A stretch of 64,000 nt of DNA from the human T2T-CHM13v2.0 reference genome, Homo sapiens. The stretch lies in assembly GCF_009914755.1 (NCBI RefSeq), contig NC_060925.1; one strand, 5' to 3'. Below the pieces are notes generated by a model that did no database searches, was not told the DNA's origin, and was given only the letters and a program-made list of their open reading frames with translations. Shown here piece by piece: positions 1 through 13,348 of the stretch (within the stretch, counting starts at the first letter, position 1; each line of letters begins with the position of its first letter). A program made the translations under genes and the position numbers.

Positions 1-2366
1 AGACAAATCTGAAAAACTTGTTTGATTCTACAGTACACACATTCCAGGCATGCAGTATTGAAAAAAAAAAAAAGCATGCAGAATGTTCAAAATAGGAGAT
101 ATTTGTGGGGGAAAAAAAGAAAAAACCTATGAGAATATTTTGCAGTGAGAGTTTAGTTTCATTTTTGTTTACTTTGCTTTTGCATCAATAATATCTTCAA
201 GAGAAGAAACATTAGACAGAGTTTTAGTAGTTAGGTCAACTCCTATCAGTGGTTTTCATACTTTTCTTTTTTTCCGGATTCCTTTGTGAAAGTAAATTTT
301 CTGATGTTGAATTGTTTTCAGGTTGCTGTCAAATGCAAATCTCCAGCCCCTTGCTGATAGGATTGCCAGGAGCCTCATTTTTTAAAAGAGACAACTAACC
401 TACTTACATAGATACACCTGCTCTTTTTAGAGCTCGGATACATCCTCTCATCATTTGCATAATAATCACTCACATTTGTATAAACTCTACATTTCACAAA
501 GCACTTTAACTTATGTCAGCTTATTTAGTCCTTCCAATGGAAACCTTGTAAGGTGAGCCGAGAATGTATTACTAGTCCCCTTTTAAAGGTGAGGAAATTG
601 AGCCTCAGAAAATTTCACTATCTTGTTCAAGGTGACAAAAGTTACAAGTGCTGAAACAAGAATTCTGCTCTCCAGTGCCTGTTTCAATGAGCAGGGTTTT
701 TGATTCTGTATGCCATCCATATGCATAAATAAAATAGTCAGAATCATGAAAATTAAACGACTTGTCCATAGACGAATACCTGCAATTCTAGATTAGGTTA
801 AGGTGTCTTAGCTTGCAAGGATGGATAGACATGTACAAGTTGTCTTAGGTGAGGGAGGTTTGTTTTGGTAAGCACAGGGAAGTAAGGAGCTAGCAATGGG
901 AGAGCCAGATTTCATGGAAGTTAGAGTCCATCCATCAGAATACAACTGCAGCTGCTCTCAGAGTCCCCTCAGAAATAGGTGAGGTCAGACTTACACTAGG
1001 GAGGGGAGGTGGAGGTTATTCATGAAGAAGTCAGACTTCAGGGCTGATGAGGAGGGTTCCTGTCTCCTCACTGTGCCCCAGAACAACCTCTTTTACTGCA
1101 AATATCTTTCTGGGAAGTGGTGGGGGGGACACCTATTATTACACAATGAATGACAAGATTTAAAACAATATTCTTGACAAAGGAATGCAAAGTAAGGTGC
1201 AAATATTGATATGACGTTTTTTGCCAAGAGCAGAACTTTGGTTGGTGATTTGAGCGCAGGCAGAATTTAAATTCAGGCTACAATGGATGGGGAGGAAAAT
1301 GAGGAAGAAAGTGCAACTAGGTATAATAAAAGAAAAATTCAACAACTTGCCAATTAATTACTGTGCACCAATAGGAGATGGAAGTAGTGCAGGCATAGGG
1401 TGTTGAAAGAAAATGAGATGAAATAAGCATAATTCATAGCAAGTGCTCAGCACAGTTCTGGCTCTGGCTTATGAACATTAACTTTTCTTTCATTTTCAAT
1501 GTAGATATAGAATCATAAATACTATTAAGGCTTTTTAATGGTAGTGTCGTAGATTGTACTAAATCTCAGCCTTCCTGTGTTACGTGAACTTCTACTAGGT
1601 GGAGTTCTAGTTCCAAAATGTGATTTAATCCCTGGATTTTAAAAACACTTGGGCCTCAGTATTATAGTGTTTTGCTATATTTCCTTGGAAATATTCTCTT
1701 TGAAAACCAGGCAATTCAAAATTCCCCATCACTAATAGGGAATGTATGCAGGCTATTTTGTCTTTGGCAGGAGTCCTTCATAATACATTACTCTTTTTCC
1801 TAGACTTTCTTTTTAGTATTCAATCAATTTGAGATCAAAATAGCATTCATATAAATCAACATGCTTATGCAAAGCAGGATCAACCTATTTACATGAGCTA
1901 CTGTGAAAATGAAAACAGAATGAAGAGAAAGCTGACTGAGATAATGAAGCATTATGAATTTCACAAAACTTGTATGATGAGGCAGTGTCTCTGTTATATC
2001 AAACCACTAGGAGAAAAGGAAAAAAGAACCTGTGAATAATATTTTTTCTGTCTCCTTCTGTCTCTCTGTCTTTGTCTCTGTCTCTGCTGAGGTAAAAACG
2101 TTCTTTGTCTAAAATATCACTGTGGATTTTTGTCTATGCCCGGCTAAGCAAGAGATAAAAGTATTGAAGTGTAGTTCAGGGTTCAGGGTAAAAATACTAA
2201 CAGGTTATGCTTATGATTCCCACTGAGAAACAATGCCCCAAGATTCGATTCTGTCTTTATAGGGTAGAGAAAGAAGCAGCAGAGATCCCACATAGAAAAC
2301 TTTTTAGCAATATGTCCCGATCTTTTAGTTGCAATGAACCCATATAAAAATCAATAAATAAAATAT

Positions 2367-2418
2367 CTTGTGAACAAACAGTTGTGTATTTTCTCTTTCT
2401 TTAGTGTGTGGGCTTCTC
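2367..2418 (-). other. USH2A: Latent 52-nt pseudoexon in intron 64 (probably USH2A PE64)
   Basis: Acceptor ctcttccatttttctAG|GAGAAG; 52 nt; near-donor CAAG|ATATTT that becomes AAG|GTATTT with A>G at 2366; size and approximate position fit my recollection of c.14134-3169A>G. Confidence 0.75.
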
Positions 2419-2564
2419 CTAGAAAAATGGAAGAGTTATTATTGGGGAAGAAAAGCAAGTAAGGCTTATAAATTCTATGGCCAAGAGAAAAAAAAGCCAA
2501 GATGTTCTTCATCTTTGATTTATTCAGGATATTTTTGTTCCTACAGTGTTTAGACTGAACATAT

Positions 2565-2799
2565 ATATATTTTTTTATTATTGTACTTTAAGTTCTAGTG
2601 TACACGTGAACAACGTGCAGGTTTGTTACATAGGTATACATGTGCCATGTTGGTTTGCTGCACCCATGAACTCATCATTTACATTAGGTATGTCTCCTAA
2701 TGCTATCCCTCCCCCAGCCTCCACCCTCTTACAGGCCCTGGTGTGTGATGTTCCCCTCCCTGTGTCTGATGTTCCCCTCCCTGTGTCCATGTGTTCTCA
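2565..2799 (-). mobile_element. 5'-truncated L1PA 3' UTR stub with target-site duplication
   Basis: L1 3'-end motif (tactttaagttctag...caggtttgttacataggtatacatgtgccatg); TSD tagactgaacatat at 2551-2564 and 2800-2813. Confidence 0.9.
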
Positions 2800-4120
2800 T
2801 AGACTGAACATATTTATTCTTTTATAATAAAAGATTAAAGATGATTAAAGTTGCTGCTGAAATACATTATTATTTGGGTTTGGTGAACACTTTCACATGT
2901 GAATGAGTGGGTGCACACACAGTTATGATTGTAGAGTCAGAAACTTCCCTAGTCGTTAATAATGAAAAGTTAGGACTGACTGACTTGTTGATTTATTTCT
3001 CTAAGGTTTCTGTTGTAACCATGAAGAAAGTTACAATGTAAAATGTCATAGAAAACATAGATTAACTACTTTTAATAAGCATAAAAACTAAAATTGTTTA
3101 GCCACAAATTCTGTAATTAACTAGCAAAATGATAGATTAATATGTCAGTTTTCAATGGAATTTCTGTTTTCAATGTAATATATTTTTAAATCTAACTAGA
3201 GACTATTACCATATTTATGCTTGTTGTTCATTAAAAAAATGAAATTGTTCTTTTATTTACTCTTTCCTACCCCAAAGGACTAATTATTGTATTTTGCCTT
3301 AAAAATTTTTAATTACATGGAGTGTCAACATCTGCCACTAAGCTGCCATAATCACATTGCTGTGAAAACAATGAATTTAATCATTTGTTCTCTCTTGAAA
3401 ATTGCCTCTTAGAAATCTTCTTTTAAGAGAAGTCTTTGTCACAATATATTCCTTAGCCATGGTCATCAAAATGATTTTGGGTACCTGTATCAGAATTTCT
3501 GGTGAGAAGACCTTGGACTCTGCCCTTTCAACATATTTCCAAGCGCTTTTTACACCCAATATTATTTGAAAAATACAAAGGCCTATTCTTTATAGAGCCA
3601 GGTACAGAATATAGGCACTGTACATTTTCAATTTCTATTTGTTATGTCTCTTTAGAGTTATACTTCACATTAACTTTAGTCATTCAAATAAACACAATAA
3701 ATGTATCTTGGAATATGTCACAATTCAATAATCATCATAGAGTTAATTACTGTGTTTTTTCACAGTTCCAAACAGAACTAGAGTTTACTGACTTTGTAGA
3801 ACCACTTCTTGCCTCCTAATTTTCACTTAAGGAGTAATTTCTTGAAACCTTGATATTTCTAGAAATTGCTGAGTCTATTTTTCTCTCAGTGCAGAGTAAC
3901 ATTATTCTAAATGCTCCCAATTTCTCTCAACCCAACATTTCTCCTCCTAATTTTATTCTAGGAGAAAAGCAAACATTTGTGAACAGAAGCATTGTAATAA
4001 TTTTTGTGAATGGGAAAGAGAAGGGACCATCAGTCTGCACAGGATGGGAGAAGGGGAAATGTATCAGAAATCTCCAAGAATGGTGACCCTTTGGATGCTT
4101 CTGTTACTGTGCTAGTTATT

Positions 4121-4429
4121 CTTTTTTTTTTTTTTTTTTTTTTTTCTTTGAGACAGAGTCTCGCTCTTTCACCAACGCTGGAATGGAGTGGCGCGATCTC
4201 GACTCACTGCGATCTCCACCTCCTGGGTTCAAGTGATTCCCCTGCCTTAGCCTCCTGAGTAGCTGGGACTACAGGTGCCTGCCACCACACCTGGCTAATT
4301 TTTTGTAGTTTAGTAGAGATGGGGTTTCACCATGTTGTCCAGGCTGGTCTCAAACTCCTGACCTAGTGATCTGCCCACCTCCGCCTCACAAAGTGCTGGG
4401 ATTATAGGCGTAAGCCACCGCGCCCGGCC
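4121..4429 (-). mobile_element. AluS
   Basis: Poly-T then reverse-complement Alu dimer ending cccggcc; TSD tgtgctagttatt on both sides. Confidence 0.95.
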
Positions 4430-4473
4430 TGTGCTAGTTATTTTTTAGCACAATTTCCACACTTAACTTGTTA

Positions 4474-5459
4474 AGATTGTTATCACATTCCCATAAGGGG
4501 GACAAATAGATATTAAAAAGGTCTTTCTAATGCCTGTATTGGCTAAACAAAGTAGTTTTCACCTTAATGCTTTGCCTCGCTCAATGTCTCATATCTTTCT
4601 GAAATAACCTTCCTTAGGACTGATGTTTTCCAAGTATTGTCTTACAGCAAAGCTAAGTTATTAATGTACATTTCAAGGGGGTTCCTGATGCATTTTTCCT
4701 TTATGGTATCATAAGAAAAACCCCTAAATTGTGAAAATATTTTATGATTCTTTTGGCCAAGGCAATGCTACAAGTCTTGTTCAAATCAAGGGAACATACT
4801 TCATAATATATGGTTTATGGATGGTTTGTATATGGGTCAGCACCAAGCTGATGTCTATTTGGTCTTACATTTGCTATTATTCTCCTCATAAAATTGTAAT
4901 ACAGGAGTAACCAAATTCAGCCGATTAATCTTTTACAAAAGATCTCTAATCTGTTAACTCCTAATGTAAGTGATGATGACTGTCTTTACGCTTGGAGCAA
5001 TTTGAGATTTTTGTTCTTTATCCAGGCTGCTTATTACAAGAGTTGTATTAGTAAAAGTGTTAACTGTCAGAGATTAAGAGAGGGAAGAATATCTGAGCTC
5101 TCTGCAACTTCTGTGAAACTCTGTAACATACTTCCTTGTGGGATAATGACAATATTTGATTAAAAAAAGCATTTCAACAATTCTGAGGACAAATTTATAT
5201 CAAGAAGCTCTAAGGAGACATAATTGTTTATAAAAACTAAGGAATGTGAACATAATTTTGTAACAATTCACATCAGAAATAAACAAAAAATCTAGCATGA
5301 ACAGCTATGCCAGTAATTAATAAGTAAACAGGTTGTATGTTAACGGGCAAACAATTAAATTATTTGTTTCCTAGGGGCATGTAATGAGATTGTTATCACA
5401 TTCCCATGAGGGGGACAAATAGATATTAAAAAGGTCTTTCCAATACCTGTATTGGCTAA
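4474..5459 (+). repeat. Dispersed 73-bp direct repeat (4474-4546 and 5387-5459)
   Basis: agattgttatcacattcccat(a/g)agggggacaaatagatattaaaaaggtctttc(t/c)aat(g/a)cctgtattggctaa, 70/73 identical. Confidence 0.95.
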
Positions 5460-6323
5460 GGCCAACAGCTAATTCAATAGATTCGATCAAAATCACTACT
5501 TCTTTCACTGCTGCTGATTTATGACTTTGGTTGTTGTTAGTCATCACTCATTGCAGTTTGCTTTCCAGTGCTCAGAAATTATGCCTCATAAATAAAAAGA
5601 TACAATCAAGGAGATCATATCAATTCATCTACAACCTTGGAGTACATTTTCCCATGGCACTCACGCTAATGCCTTCTTAAAGGGTAGCTTGTCATAGGTT
5701 TTGAATATGTTTGAATAGCAATATGCTGAAATCTTCTTTGCTGGAATCGCGGTTAAAGAATGTTGGCAAAAAAGACAATGCAATGAATTTGAAATTACAT
5801 GATTACAAGATTGTTTTATTTCATGAGTAGCCCTGCAGGCTCCAGTTATGAAGGAATAATGTGCTGAAAAGCTCTAGGAGCTATTTATTTAACTGTCTAT
5901 CTATCTGATTTTCTTTCACCATCAAATGGATGTTTTCCAGCATCTCTATCTGCATAGAACCTTGCTGGATACAATACAGTCACACTTTTACAGATATAGT
6001 CCCGTTTTCCAGGTTCCCTTCATCTAAAACACTTTGGATTAGGCAAGATAGAACGTGATTTTAATTGAATTCTGGGACCCAGGGGAAGAGGGTACAGCAG
6101 GACATTGTCTTGCTTTCCATGAGCACTTTTGAAGTTCAGAGACGTGAAGCTACTGGAAAAATAACAAGACATTTCCCATGCTAGAATTGGGTGTCTTGTC
6201 GCTACTGCTTCTCATACCGCCTTGCTCTTTGGAGCCATTTAATACTTGTGAATATGGTTCTCCTCTAATACCTGAAGAAGGAAAAACTGACCTAACACTG
6301 TGAAATACTGAAATTTGCCCTGA

Positions 6324-6591
<268 letters not shown>

Positions 6592-6734
6592 CCCTGATTC
6601 ACTTTTAACAATAAAACTAAATAATCAAAATTTGGAGTTATCACATACTTTTTTTTTTTTCTTATATCTGCTCTCCCTAAGAGGAAACAGGAACCCACCC
6701 CCATCCGACTCTCATGGAGGATATGTAAAAGTAG

Positions 6735-6940
6735 TTTTGGGGTTTATTGAGCACTTACACTTTTGTAAGTGTATTCTATGTACTAATTTTGCATTTTTCC
6801 TCTCGACAATCCTATATGGTTGGTATTATTATCCCCACTTTACACATGAGAAAACTGAGGAACACAGAAATTTATGCAACTTGGTAAGTGGTAAGGCTGG
6901 CTTTCCAATACAGATATGTGACATAAAAGCCCAAACTCTT
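6735..6940 (-). mobile_element. MIR
   Basis: attattatccccactttacacatgagaaaactgagg core. Confidence 0.7.
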
Positions 6941-7369
6941 TACATCTTCCTACATAAGGCCATTAAAAGAAGGCCTGTACACACCTTCCACATGGGTGGG
7001 TTGCTGTCCTGGGCTTTTCATAGAGCCCTGCGTGGACTGGCTTTTTCTGTGGAGGGTAGCCTAAAAGTGAGACAGGGGAAACTATCACAAACAACGTGAC
7101 ATCCATCTCTCGTGCCACTTATCATGCTTTCAGCAATATTGCATATTACACAGAAGCAAGTACTACTCATATATTTCATCCTGTTCAAACATGTGTAAAT
7201 GCATTGAAATTCCATTATGTTCTCTGCAATAATAACTATACCCTAATGGATATAGCATTAAAATATATACTTTATCCACAATAAGTTGCTAGAAGAAGCT
7301 AAGATCACAATCACCAATTGTGATTAACATCTCCGTGAAGGATAGTAAATTAGGTAAGACCATTTATCA

Positions 7370-7920
7370 TCCATGAATTCAACACATATTGACTGAGCCA
7401 TTTCTATATGCCAGATGCTGTTCTATGAGCTGGGGATACAACAGTGAACAAGGCTGGCATTAACATCCTGGTGAGGAGAGGCAATCAATAAAAACACAAA
7501 TAAAATAAACAGGTTAGGATATATGCTAGAAAGGAAATGATGAGATTGTAGGGTGATATACATAAGGTGATAGAGCAGAAAATGGTTGGCTTATCCAGGA
7601 GGTTCTCTCAACAGATGACCATCAAGCTGGGAAACAATTGGCAGAAAGTACCAGATGAAGATCTGAGGGAAGAGCATTCTATGGAAAAGAAAAGCATGTG
7701 CAAAGGCCTTAAGGCTAGATCCTCAAGAAGGCCAGTGTGGCTGACCTTAGTGAGTAAGGGCCGGAAAGCAATGGGATGAGGACAGAATTGGACAAAAATG
7801 AGACCACGAAAGTCCTCATGGAACTAGAGAGGAGTTTGCATCTTATGGAATGGGGGAAGTAGGGTTTGCAGTAGGAGAGTGACTTTATTTGATTTTCATT
7901 TTGCAGGAATGCTGGATACT
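7370..7920. mobile_element. L2 fragment
   Basis: ttcaacacatattgactgagc...ggggatacaacagtgaacaag...gcatgtgcaaaggcc...aggccagtgtggctg. Confidence 0.7.
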
Positions 7921-8504
7921 GAACACCTTCTATGTATTTATATATTAAATTTTACTTTTTTTTGTAAGTGACAATACCCTAGCCTTAAAGTCAACTTATT
8001 TAAAGTTCACAGCAACTTTCCTGGGGTAAGTTTTTTTTGTTGTTGTTTGTTTTTTTAATCTCAATTTTACAGATAAGAAAACTGAGGTTTAGTGAGTTTA
8101 AATTAATAGCTGAGGATCCAGAATTGGTAATTCATGTAGCCTAGACTGCAACCCTAATCGGTCTGTCTTCACAGGGTCAGGAATTTGTGCTCCTGATAGA
8201 GGTGACTTGAAGAAGCTGCAGTTCAGCAGAGCCACCTTGAACTTGGGGTCAGAAAGTCAGGACTTGAGTTCTGACTCTGTTGCTTTTTGACTAGGTAACT
8301 TGCTAAATCATTCAGGTTCTTGACTATGCTAAGAAATAACAACATCTATCCCACAGGACTATTTTAAGATTTACATGCAATATTGTTTCTAGAAATTTCT
8401 GAGGAATGGGGTAGGGGATGAATACATTTATAAATATTTCATTGATTTTTGAAAGTCCCAAAGCTGCATACAAATGCAATTTGGAGGTAACTGTTGGGGT
8501 AGAA

Positions 8505-8750
8505 TTTAAGAAACCAGTCTTTGAAACTGAATCTTAAGGTTCGAATTTGAGTCCTTCAACTTATCAACTCTATATCCTTGGGCATGGTATCTAATTTTTC
8601 AATGCTTCATGTTTCTCACCTGTAAAATAGTGTCAGTAATAACACCTATTTCAAATGGTTGTTTGAGATTAAATTAGTTAATATACATGCAGTTCTTAAC
8701 ACAGCCCTTAGCACACAGCAAACCCTAAATAAATAATAGTGATTACTATC
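8505..8750 (+). mobile_element. MIR
   Basis: ttctcacctgtaaaatag...gagattaaattagttaatatacatg...agcacacagcaaaccctaaataaat. Confidence 0.7.
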
Positions 8751-9529
8751 ACATTATTTGTGTGAAAAGACAGGAGAGAATGACTTAACAGTTTGGGGGA
8801 TCTAGTGGGGCTAGATAGCAATTGTGCAACTCACTCCTGGATTCCAGTTAGTTGTTACACATTAATAAGATTGGAAAACTCCCCACAGCATTTGGAATTT
8901 AGCCCACACCTCCCTGTGTATCTTTCTTCCAGGTACTTCTGTACTGTAGAGCTTTGAGGGTTAGAGTAAATAAAAGCCTGGCTTTTCAAAAATATTGCTC
9001 TACAATGAAATTTGTTAATTGGATGGCTTCTCTACTTTGTTTTATAATTAGTTAAAATTTCTCAAAAAGTCCTCAAACATGAACAAAAGAAAAAATTAGA
9101 GCAATTCAATGGATTCTTTAGAGAAAAGAATTTTATTACTGGTTTCCATTAGAAATATGCCTATAGGAATCAAAGAGAGAACCGTACAGTTTTCTAGATG
9201 CTTATAGGCATATTAGTAATGATCAGCTCCATCAACAGATAAATCAATTAACAAGAAGAAGTCTCAACTATGTTCTTACAAATTACCATTTAAGGCATCT
9301 GACTTATTTGAATGTGTTAACATTTTTGTTTCCACCTGCAGATTAGATTGCTTCATATATCCTGAGATGTTTATTTACAATTTAAAGGTAATAAGCTGTT
9401 GGTTCAAGTACTTAAGTACAATCCTCCTTAAGTCTTCAGATTTACTTAGTGGTTTATCAATAATCATAGATTGACAAGCCAAAGCTGGCCAGGTGATCCT
9501 CTAGCCCAGAAAGGATTCTACTGGTGAAG

Positions 9530-9990
9530 GCATTATTATATACTGGTTGAGAAGCAGCATCAATCTGAGTGTGGGGGACGAGCTGGTTTTTCCCCAGATC
9601 CATCCTCTGCCCTTCTCTGGCTTGGTCTGTACTCTGGAATGCTGACTTCATCAGACTGCCTCACCTGGAATCTTTTCTCCTCTGGCTCCTTTCCATTAGG
9701 TTTTGATCAAAGGGAAGAGAGAGTTCAGGTTCTTTGTTTCTCCTGCTCCTCTCTTTGGCACTGCATGTTGACAAGGCTGAATTTCCTCTCAATGACCCAC
9801 TTTCTTCCATTGTCCCTGCAGGCCTAGAAGGTAACAGCTTCTGGCTCTTCCTACTCCCTGGGTACTTCAACATCCCTTATTGATTCTCTTAATTCTACCC
9901 ACACCTCCATAAATAGCCTCTTCATTAAATTTTCTTCAAATACCCTTTGAATGTGCCATATGTTTCCTGCTGAGATCCCGATTGATACAG
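9530..9990 (+). mobile_element. Old ERVL-class LTR (LTR33/LTR16-like)
   Basis: 3' end ...cttcattaaat...ttgaatgtgccatatgtttcctgc...gattgataca; subfamily uncertain. Confidence 0.45.
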
Positions 9991-12900
9991 TGGAGAATAT
10001 TTTGAACCATTACATGGGTACCAATAACAGTAGGTGGGCTAAGAGAGGCTTCTAAACATAAGGATGGAGATTTAGAAAGGGATTTCTTTTTGTAAGACTG
10101 AAGGAACAGAGAAATGGTGCCCCTTCATGTCTCTGTGGAATGATTTTAGTCAAGTACCTCTTTAATATCAAGGTGCCACCTGTCCTGCACAAAACCATCT
10201 GGCCAGAGAGTAGAATAAGAGTGGCCTTTAGAGTTTGGTGTGGAAATCGTGCTGTCCCTGAAGATAAAGAAGCTGCTTCTTCCTCCCTGGGTCTGTTTTG
10301 CCATCACTCAGATCCTGCAAACATCAACGTTCCTAGCCATATTTTTATGGATACATTATTCATGGGCATCTTTATTTGACTTATCAACTATAATTTAAGT
10401 CCCTGAAGGGGAGAGTGCATGGATTTTAGCCTCCTGCCTCAATCCTAGTAACTAGGTATACACTTTGAACATTGTAGGTGCTTAATAAGGACAGTTTATT
10501 AAATACTCAATTTACAGGATGGAGGAAAATAAGTAAAACACATCTTACCCTTTCCTAGATGTTTTTACAGGACCTAAGTTTTAGGTGACTTTGGGAGCCT
10601 TTGTTTTCATGGCCATCTGAAGAGCCATGAGGGCAGGCTGGAATGGCATATTATCTACATTCAGTTGAAGAGCATCTGTTGTGTTTAACATTTTATTTTC
10701 AGCAAACAAACTTCCAACACAGAGACAGGAAGATCAACATCACCTTAAGTGAAATATAAATCTGAGTTGCATCTGCAAGAGGGTGAGAACCAACCCATCT
10801 TCACATGGATAACTTGTCCCAAAGGCGCCATGAAGATTGCCAACAACAGAAGCTTCAGAATAAAGTCCTAAGGGTTGCCATGAGAGATGGAACAAGAACA
10901 AAAAGAATTAGAGCATGCTCCTGAATGTGCTCACACTGACAGGTGGAAATGATCTCCCGTGGGAACAAAAGGCTCGATGCAAAAAATGATCAGGCCCTGG
11001 GCCTAGTGGCGAACTTTAGTTTTCTATACATGGAAATGTCCCAGTGGCCTTCAGTCTAACCTGTGCACTCAGGCCCTAAAGTTTTAGAATAAATACACTG
11101 CCTGAGTCAGACAATATCAATAAATCATTTAAAACCTTGAGCTGTGGGAGTTGGGGTGGGTGTGGGGAGCTTAGTTCTTGTGGGAGAAATTAACCAGACA
11201 AAAACCTCCATGCTGGTCGGAAATACATTAGTGAGATTAATACCTAATTAAATGCAAGTCCAAAACTAAACAGAAAATGTGTTCAATATGTTTTCTCTAA
11301 ATGTGATATAGAAAAGAGATGGGGTAAGGGTGACAGCAATAGAAAACAGGCAATACAAAGCAAGTAGCTAATTGCATAAAAGTAGAGTCAGACTATCAGA
11401 GTTTGGAATTTTAGTCATGGGTATGTGGGTAAATTACTCTTTTTCTGAGAAGAGAAATGGCAAGGATGAGGAGGGTTGAACTTCCTAGCGGAAGGAGTAT
11501 CACACCTTTAGAGGCAACTGTACTCCTGATTGAGATTTTTACACTCTAACATTTTATCAATGACTTGTTGATATAGACAAAAGAAATGTCTTAACCTGGC
11601 TTTTTTACAGTCTTGAATGAAAGTTTCTCCTTCTTTTAACTAGTGAGATCCTGGGGGGATCGGATGGGGGCATGGACCTACTAAGTAGCAGGCATCCTAC
11701 TAGACACACAGATTTCTTAGTTCTCATAACACACCCATTTTTTTAAATGAGAAAGGTGAAGTTATCAGAAATTAAGTATCTTTCTTGCACAAGCTATGTG
11801 ATCTTAACTCAGCTTCTTCATTTGGAAAACAGGAAGGGTGTGAGCATCCAATGTGAAAGAGCACAAGGATTGTCAATATCTCACAGGTGTGGAGTACTTG
11901 TTCCCGTGGTTGGTGTGTGTAGCGTGCTAGGGCAGTTCTTGCTTCTGGCTGGAAGCATTTCCCGCATACCTCATGCAGCCCTGCCTGTAGGAGGTGGGCC
12001 CTGCGACCACACCTGCTCAATCATAGTCCTCTGTTCTCTTGGTTCACAGGAAGGCAGGTAGTGCAAAAGGATCAGTCAGAGTCCTGTATTGGTTGACTTA
12101 TAGTCCTCTTTCCACTCTAAGGTGGATGGGTAATAATAATAATCATTATTGTTATATGGGCGAAGTGGTTTCTATGTATGAGGTGCTGTTCCAAGCACAT
12201 TCACATATTAACTCATTTAACCTCAGAGCAAGCCTATGAGTCCAATGCTATATCTATTCACATTTTAAAGACAAGAAAACTGATGCACAGAAAGGGCTTG
12301 AATCTGGGAGTGATTTCCTCAGATGCCTGGTGAAAGTGTGCAGAATGAAGCCAAACAGAGACAAGCTGAGATGGGGCAAGGAGGGACAGAATGAATGAAT
12401 CCTACATCATCCGAGTCCTGCATCCCAGGTTTCCAGGACCTGGTGTTCATATCTTTTCTTTGGTTTCAAGGGATTCCTTCAATGCCCTTCCCAGATGCGA
12501 GAGCAGAAACAATTCCCTTCTGTTTAACTTAGTTTACATTGGCTTTCTGTTACTTGTAGTGAAATAGTCATGACAACTTTTTGATAGTGTGGGTTTTCTC
12601 AGGAACATAAATGAGACTTATTTGTAGCTAACTAAATAAGTTTATTATTTATTTACATTCATATGTTATAATATAGCTATACTTTAAAAAATATATTAGT
12701 GAATAAATATGTTAGGTTTCAATGAGAGACACAACTAATTATATTTCCATGTGTCCATCTTGGTGATGAATAACCATATATCCATTTATTATCTGAAGCT
12801 GATTTCATACATTCACTTGCATCAACACAACTTAAAGCTAAATACCATTAGAAAATTCTGTTGCTTTGGGTGAGAATTTATTTTGTAGGGTTTTACAAAC

Positions 12901-13029
12901 TGTAGATTACAAAAACCAATCAAGAGAAGATAAAGTTTGATTAGACTTTCTAAAAATTATATACCTGTAGCTTACCACTACTCTGCCCATAGAATACAGA
13001 GCTGGAGGGTGCTTCCTTTTATAGATGAG

Positions 13030-13348
13030 TGCTATGAACTGACTGTTTTTGTCCCCTTCAAATACATATGTTGAAGGCTAATCTTGAATATGATGGTATG
13101 GAGGCCTTTGGGAGGTTATTAGGTTGCATAGGGTGGAGCCCTCATGAAGGGGACTAGTGTTCTTCTACCTGGTATATGTGGATATAAGGAGAAGACCATT
13201 ATCTGTAAGCCAGAAGGTGGCCCTCACCAGACACTGAATCTGCAGGTGCCTTGACCTTGTACTTTCCCGCCTCTAGAATTGTGGGAAATAAATATTTGTT
13301 ATTTAAAGCCACCCAGTCTATGATATTCCATCATAGCAGGCCTAATTT
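13030..13348 (+). mobile_element. MaLR LTR (MLT1)
   Basis: tgctatgaactgactg...ccctcaccagacactgaatctgc...aataaatatttgttatttaaagccacccagtctatg. Confidence 0.85.
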
